DNA from: Thermodesulfobacteriota bacterium
GTDB lineage: Bacteria; Desulfobacterota; Desulfarculia; JACQYL01
Direction of reading: 5' to 3'
DNA: 64,000 nt
Assembly: GCA_963675595.2 (NCBI GenBank)
Contig: CAXXLZ010000003.1
Location: forward strand, 64,001 to 128,000
In this document: piece after piece, positions 58,564 to 64,000 of the stretch
How the letters are laid out: the number at the start of each line of letters is the position of its first letter
Position numbering within the stretch: the stretch's first letter is position 1
The notes under the pieces: model-generated
What the model was told of the DNA's origin: nothing
Databases searched by the model: none
Seen by the model: the letters and a program-made list of their open reading frames with translations, nothing else
Program-made: the position numbers and the translations under genes

Positions 58564-59750
58564 TGTCCCCATTTAATTGATACTACAAGGAGTCTCGCTT
58601 AAGATTGCCCCGGAGTGGCTACAGTTTCCAAGGGGGGTAATCGATGGTCGAACTTGAGGGATGTTTCTGTCCGAACCAAGAATGCAAGGATTATGGGTTG
58701 CGCAATCGAGGCAACATTGCCGTTCGTGGCAAATACAGCAAGGATAAAAGCCGCGAACTGCTTTCCTGCCGGCCCTTTGGCAAACGCTTTGCGGCCACCG
58801 GATCCAGCGCGCTGTTTGGTCTGCATCTGCTGGCCGAAACGATTCGTCAGATCATCCATCATGCAGCCGAGGGCGGGAGGTCCGGGCCACGGGGCGTCTG
58901 CTGGAATTGGACAAGGACACGGTAAATCGGGTAATCCTGCGGCCGGCGAGCATTGCGCGTCCGTGCTCTCCAGCCTGTTGGCCTCGCCGGAGATGACCGA
59001 GGCGCAACTGGATGATCTGTGGACCTCTGTAAAAAAAAGCAACATTCTGGCACCGCCCAAGACACCGAGGAGCGGTACGGGCGGACATGGATCTGGACGG
59101 CCATCGACGTCCCCACACGATTGCTGATCACGTTCTGGATCGGCGGGCGAGAATTGGACGATGCCCGGCGGATGCTTCAGGACTTGATCGCTCGCGTTCG
59201 AGGTAAGCCCCTGTTCGTATCGGACGAACTGCCGCATTACGCCCCACGGTTTTAGAGGAATTGTTCCACCGGCTGGTGCCGCCTGCACAAACAGGGAAGC
59301 CGGGGCGGCCCAAGAATCCCGAGCGGGCGATCGACGCGGACCTGGACTACGCCACGGTTCACAAGACCCGCGAATGCGATCGGGTGGTTAAGGTGGAGCG
59401 CCGGGTGGTCTTCGGAAGTGAGCACAGCATGTACGGACTGTTGGAGGATTCACCCAGCCATACCATCAATACCGCCTTCCTCGAACGATCCAATCCTCAT
59501 TGGCGGCTGTGGGATGCTCATTTGGTGTGCAAAGCCCCTACCTTCGCGCGCTCGTTGCGCTGGTTTCGGGCCAAGTTCGCCATCTGCGTGGCTTGCTACA
59601 ATTTGATCCGTCCTCACGAAACGCTTAGCCGAGGCAAGGACCGGGTATTCCGACCCAAGACCCCCGCCATGGCGACAAACGTAACGGACCATCCGTGGTC
59701 GTTTTTGGAGTTGTTGATGCATTCAATCCTTTGTTAATGATATGGGGACA
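58564..59750 (+). mobile_element. Degenerate IS1-family-like insertion sequence
   Basis: Inverted ends TGTCCCCAT and ATGGGGACA. InsA-like ORF (CFCPNQEC, 58644), A8 slippery run at 59031-59038 after LDDLWTSV, InsB-like pieces (WIWTAID, FVSD, TAFLERSN, YNLIRPH, TPAM) in different frames. Confidence 0.85.
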
Positions 59751-59870
59751 TGAGCAAATAACTCGTGTCCGAACATATTCAAAGAAGAGATAGGCGCAGG
59801 ATAACTTAAAGGAAATGCTCTCAAAAGAGAATGACGTCCATAGTTGTAAAGGCATAATATTTAGATTGTT
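59751..59870 (-). pseudogene. 3'-truncated O-antigen ligase paralog (N-terminal fragment)
   Basis: PLQLWTSFSFESISFKLSCAYLFFEYVRT aligns with PGTLWRALSAETFAFKMSCLYLFFEYIRP of 56794-58170; cut at the IS end. Confidence 0.75.
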
Positions 59871-60000
59871 AAAACTGGTTATTTATACTTGCAAGATAAA
59901 GGTGTTGAAGAGGTGCTTTTGGCGGTGTTGATATAGGTCCTATGCGAGAATAAATAAGTATATATAATAATATATTTAATATATCTATCTTAGTGCGTAA

Positions 60001-61215
60001 CTAAAGTATTCCTGAAAGCAACTGTGAGGATTTATCCCAAGAATACATCTCATTGACAAGAATACGAGCTTGTTTAGATACCAGATTCCAAATTAATGGA
60101 TGTTCTATAAGTAGTGATACGGATGATATAAGTTGTTGTTCCGTATTTGCTATTATTGCATGATAGCCAGAAACCAGTGAAATTCCAGCGGCTCCTTCTA
60201 TCGTTGTAATCAACGGAATTCCCATCGCCATGGCCTCAAGGTGCTTGTTTTTCATACCTGCTCCAAGTCTCATCGGAGAGAAGAAAATAGCGCTTTTCAT
60301 GACAGCTTTTCTGATATCCTTAACTCGTCCAGTGATTTCAACGTCGGGGCTGAGATCGGCCAGCTTTATTAGTTCGGATTTTGGATTTGGCCCAACGATC
60401 TTCAGTTTGAGATCCGGATACATCGTCTTGAGTCTTGGCCAAAGTGAGTCTAGGCAGTACATCATAGCATCATGATTAGGATCATAATTCATTACACCTG
60501 TAAAGCATAGAACGTAGGAGTCTTGTGTTGGTTTCACAATATCTGGATTAAAATAGTCTGTGTCTACTCCGTTTGGGATGATGTCTATGTTTGATTTTGG
60601 AATTGACAGAGAAAGCCACTTTTTATCTGACTTTGATATAACTGTAAGCTTCTTACACTTTGACAAATACTTGTACTCCCAGATAATTGTCAATATCATA
60701 TTATAGATCATCGATAGTTTGGTGCGAACACATGATGAAGATAGGAAGATATTTTTCTGGAAGCGCAGTGTAGAATCGCAGACATCGCAAATGACATTTA
60801 AGTTAGATAGATCGTATAAATAGTAACCATATGTAGAAGCATGAGAGCAATAAATAGCGTCATAACGATATCGATCAAGAAGGCCTAATAAGGCCTTATG
60901 GAACTCGATGTTATAGCTTGGCCATGAATATAAATAACGGCTTGGAAAATAGTTGTATAGCTTAGTGTGTTGGTTAATTTTATGTCGATGGTGTGTTGAA
61001 GTGTTAACAAAGTACTCAGCAGCGAAGAAATTTGTGTTTATTTCGGTTTCTTTAAAAGATGAATTTGAACACGTAATTAACTCAATATTGTAATTGTATG
61101 ATATTGTGTTTAACAGATTGTAAATTCTAAGTGCGATTCCATTTTGGATTGCACATGGGTGAATAATAGGAGAAACTACTAAAAGTGACGATTTATTTAG
61201 TTTTGAACTGTACAT
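60001..61215 (-). CDS. Glycosyltransferase family 4 (PEP-CTERM-system type)
   Basis: IPNGVDTDYF, FTGVMNYDPNHDA, PMRLGAGMKNKHLEAMAMG. Very AT-rich. Confidence 0.88.
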   Translation of the reverse strand: MYSSKLNKSSLLVVSPIIHPCAIQNGIALRIYNLLNTISYNYNIELITCSNSSFKETEINTNFFAAEYFVNTSTHHRHKINQHTKLYNYFPSRYLYSWPSYNIEFHKALLGLLDRYRYDAIYCSHASTYGYYLYDLSNLNVICDVCDSTLRFQKNIFLSSSCVRTKLSMIYNMILTIIWEYKYLSKCKKLTVISKSDKKWLSLSIPKSNIDIIPNGVDTDYFNPDIVKPTQDSYVLCFTGVMNYDPNHDAMMYCLDSLWPRLKTMYPDLKLKIVGPNPKSELIKLADLSPDVEITGRVKDIRKAVMKSAIFFSPMRLGAGMKNKHLEAMAMGIPLITTIEGAAGISLVSGYHAIIANTEQQLISSVSLLIEHPLIWNLVSKQARILVNEMYSWDKSSQLLSGIL

Positions 61216-61276
61216 TTTTAAATAGCGATATTTATCAATTTAATTTGTTTTGTTACAGTATTTTATTATGAAAATA

Positions 61277-61951
61277 CTACTTTTCAGTTGGCCAGTATTG
61301 TTCTAAATAAGTGACGATTTTGGCTGAGAAACTATTAAAATCTGTTAGATCACTATCTATCGAGGTATCTTTCAAATGCATTGTTACTTGTACAAACGCC
61401 CCATCATTTTTGTTTCTGAAGATGCCATTTAGAAATCTTGCAATGTTGTGCTGGAAGCCCGATTTGAACACTTTGCCGTTTGATGACTGATACCAGTGAA
61501 GTATTGCTTCGCACGTCTGGCCTTTGCGAGCCAAGAGGTAGTTAACATTGAGCGAAATATTCTTGTCTGTACGATGCAACTTGAGTATGTCCTTCTTAAG
61601 AATGCCCCATCCTGCGCCCGGAAGACAGGCATAGGGATTGTGACCTGTTCTTCCCCCTTTTGCGGTACCGTAATAGCCGATGTACAGGCTGATCTCTCGA
61701 CCCTCGGGGGTGAAATAAGTCCGAGCGAGATAAGCATCCGTATTCAGCTCCTTGACAATCGAGGGAGGTAGTTCGCCGGGGATTGCCTTGTATTCGCCGA
61801 TCTGCATGGGAATCTGGTTGAGGTTGGCTTCGACGAGCACTGGTTCCCCGCGGGCGGAAATGGCCGCTGTCAGGGCGATGGTACCGATGAGCACCGTCAG
61901 GATTGAAAGGAAGTGGTTCTTTGCCGTCTTTTCCTGGTGAGCTTTGCTCAT
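61277..61951 (-). CDS. epsI: Exosortase-associated EpsI family protein
   Basis: N-terminal TM anchor, LYIGYY, HNPYACLPGAGW, HWYQS, DGAFV; ATGA overlap with the exosortase gene. Confidence 0.9.
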   Translation of the reverse strand: MSKAHQEKTAKNHFLSILTVLIGTIALTAAISARGEPVLVEANLNQIPMQIGEYKAIPGELPPSIVKELNTDAYLARTYFTPEGREISLYIGYYGTAKGGRTGHNPYACLPGAGWGILKKDILKLHRTDKNISLNVNYLLARKGQTCEAILHWYQSSNGKVFKSGFQHNIARFLNGIFRNKNDGAFVQVTMHLKDTSIDSDLTDFNSFSAKIVTYLEQYWPTEK

Positions 61952-62841
61952 GTCTCGTCCTTGTTACCGTCCCGGGGCGCCCCGAATTGATTGATGAGAA
62001 TGAAGGCTAGGAACAGGACACCGAAACCAAAGGCAAACACCGTCAGGCCAGAAAACTCATGAAGAAAACCGCGCGCTACTTTTGCCCCATAGTAATGGGC
62101 CAAAACCCCCGTACCGGTGATCCGGAGCAGGTTGGCGACAAAGGCCAAGGGTATGGCAGACAGGAGAAGCACCGCTTTCCACGGGATCTTGACTTTGGCG
62201 AAGTACGCCAAGAGCGTACTTAACATGAGCATGGAAACCAAGGACCGAATGCCGCTGCACGCTTCGGCCACTTCCAATTGCGTGTTGGCGAAATAGAGCA
62301 TGTTTCCTTCGCGAAAAACCGGGAAGAACAGGAGTTGGAGCAGCCATGCCGAGATTTTGGTGGCGGCCAGTTGAAGGGGAAAAGACACGATCTTGATGAT
62401 GGAAACGGGTACGGGCACCATGAAGAAGAGGAAGAGAAGAGGAAAAAGCAAAATCCGCAGGGATTGCACACCCAGAAACGCCCACAAGATACCTATCAGG
62501 GAGGCGACAATCATGGTCCTGGAAATTACGGCGGTGTGCCCGGCGTAGCCCATGAGATAGAGAAGCATGCTTCCCGCGAGAAACCATAGGCCCACCCTGG
62601 ATCCATTGGAATCCATGTCGGCCAAGGCATGACGTTTCTGGAAGATGAGATAGGCGGAAATCAAGGGGACGAGGATGCCGTGTGAATTGTCCGAATTGTT
62701 AAGCCAAGTATGGACCAATTCGGGATACACGGGCAGGAACGCCAGGAACCAGAGAGCCAGCAAAAGGCCGAGCTGCCAAAACACCCGCTTGTTGTGCGGG
62801 TGGGTCATGGCGTCCGATCCGGTCATGCTCATGGGTTCCAT
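61948..62841 (-). CDS. Exosortase (EpsH/Xrt family)
   Basis: SHGILVP, PLQ, VAEACSGIRS (Cys), ANLLRI (Arg), FLHEFSG (His). Confidence 0.95.
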   Translation of the reverse strand: MEPMSMTGSDAMTHPHNKRVFWQLGLLLALWFLAFLPVYPELVHTWLNNSDNSHGILVPLISAYLIFQKRHALADMDSNGSRVGLWFLAGSMLLYLMGYAGHTAVISRTMIVASLIGILWAFLGVQSLRILLFPLLFLFFMVPVPVSIIKIVSFPLQLAATKISAWLLQLLFFPVFREGNMLYFANTQLEVAEACSGIRSLVSMLMLSTLLAYFAKVKIPWKAVLLLSAIPLAFVANLLRITGTGVLAHYYGAKVARGFLHEFSGLTVFAFGFGVLFLAFILINQFGAPRDGNKDET

Positions 62842-62854
62842 AGGGTAACCGCCT

Positions 62855-63997
62855 TCAAGCGGCTGGGCTTCCCTGCATCAGCGCTTCATGCATGCTGCGA
62901 ATGTTCTCAGAATGCACAAATGGATGCGTCGGCAAGGTGAGCAGGCGTTGGGAAACGTATGCGGCTCCGGGGTAACCCCCATTGGCGGACGGGACAGGGC
63001 CGAATCCCGGGATCGCATCCAGGGGCGACGGATAGCCGATGCTCGCGCCCAGTCCTTTGCTTTGGAAAACATGGAGGAAACGACCTCGGTTTTCCGGGAC
63101 GTTGAAGATCAATGGAAAACGCAAATCTACGGAGTCGTGTTCTTTAGGGGACGTGGGAACGCGCCAACTACCGGATTGACCGATGAGGGATCGGAGATGC
63201 TCAGCATTGCGCCGGCGAAGAGCGTTCATTTGATCGAGTGTTCGAAAGGTTCGGGTTCCAATGGCGGCATTGATTCGGGGCATGCGTCGAACCGGAAACC
63301 CGGGGTCAAATACATTGCGGCCCAAGCCCAGGAAAGGCAGAGAAGCGGGAATTCGGTATCGATCGGGATTTAGAAAGGCAAGCATGCCCAAGCCCTTGGT
63401 CAGGGAAGAAAGCACGTCTCCGGGCGATGCTTCGGGCAGTTCTTCCGTTTCCGCAGCAATTCGTTCGGCCAACATCCCGTTGTTGGTGACGATGACGCCC
63501 CCTTCCAAAGCGCATACGTTCTTGCCTCTTCCCAGGCTGAAAATGCCCACGTCTCCCGCACAACCCGCTTTGATGCCTCCCGAGGAAGCGCCGGCCGCTT
63601 GCGCGGCGTCTTCGATCACCCATGCGCCGTGTCTTTCCGCGATCTTTCGTGTTTCATCCACACGGCTAATCCGTCCATACAGGTGCACGGGAACCACGGC
63701 CAGAGTGTGGGGACCAACAAGTCCTCTGAGCATGTCGAAATCGAAATCCAAGGTCCCCGGGTCCACGTCGCATAGCTTGATCTTGAGTCCGGAGCGCGAT
63801 AGCGCCGATGCCAGGCAGAAACTGGAATAGGCCGGCGCGATCACTTCCCGACGTCCCGAAATACGGTTCATGGCCTTCAGTACCGTAACGAGCGCCGCTT
63901 TGCCCGAACACAAAAGGAACACATGCCGAACCCCGAAATACCCGCGCACGACTTCCGCAAAGCGGCTTTCCACATTTATACCTAAGTGGGCGTCCAT
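62855..63997 (-). CDS. DegT/DnrJ/EryC1/StrS PLP aminotransferase (5' end probably outside the window)
   Basis: SGKAAL, PVHLYG, IEDAAQA, FSLGRGKN, EGG, LTLPTHP. Confidence 0.88.
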   Translation of the reverse strand: MDAHLGINVESRFAEVVRGYFGVRHVFLLCSGKAALVTVLKAMNRISGRREVIAPAYSSFCLASALSRSGLKIKLCDVDPGTLDFDFDMLRGLVGPHTLAVVPVHLYGRISRVDETRKIAERHGAWVIEDAAQAAGASSGGIKAGCAGDVGIFSLGRGKNVCALEGGVIVTNNGMLAERIAAETEELPEASPGDVLSSLTKGLGMLAFLNPDRYRIPASLPFLGLGRNVFDPGFPVRRMPRINAAIGTRTFRTLDQMNALRRRNAEHLRSLIGQSGSWRVPTSPKEHDSVDLRFPLIFNVPENRGRFLHVFQSKGLGASIGYPSPLDAIPGFGPVPSANGGYPGAAYVSQRLLTLPTHPFVHSENIRSMHEALMQGSPAA

Positions 63998-64000
63998 TAC

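Noticed and set aside
58599-59288. 229-aa minus-strand ORF
   Set aside because: Antisense to the fragmented IS transposase.
1-64000. tRNA, rRNA and selenocysteine/pyrrolysine read-through
   Set aside because: None recognised by eye; the proteins appear complete at their stop codons. tRNAscan-SE and Infernal were not run.

Overview
GC-rich bacterial window, most consistent with an anaerobic deltaproteobacterium (Desulfobacterota; inferred from gene content, sigma54 regulation and exosortase). In order: (1) glxB/glxC-type glutamate-synthase-like subunits with an XRE-cupin regulator, lysA and AmmeMemoRadiSam protein A; (2) a polyamine operon with two AdoMetDC-fold genes and two aminopropyltransferases; (3) alkaline phosphatase, YibE/F and a metallophosphoesterase; (4) a ~23 kb divergent, sigma54-controlled CoA-dependent catabolic island. 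Its left arm carries an SDR, an Frc-like CoA transferase, a hydrolase, Lin0512 and a VWA protein. A GAF/PAS kinase and sigma54 activator sit centrally. Its right arm carries a four-subunit 2-hydroxyacyl-CoA dehydratase/class I benzoyl-CoA reductase-like enzyme, a crotonase, a 3-hydroxyacyl-CoA dehydrogenase, a long ThDP enzyme, a 1032-aa radical SAM protein and an AAA ATPase; (5) single genes separated by palindromic MITE/REP-like repeats; (6) a ~23 kb exosortase-associated polysaccharide locus with up to three sulfotransferases, interrupted by a degenerate IS1-like element that joins two gene fragments. The island is the best candidate for an undescribed system: possibly a natural formyl-CoA elongation or cleavage route, alternatively a new aryl-CoA reductase pathway. 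All calls come from motif recognition by eye; no database searches were run.
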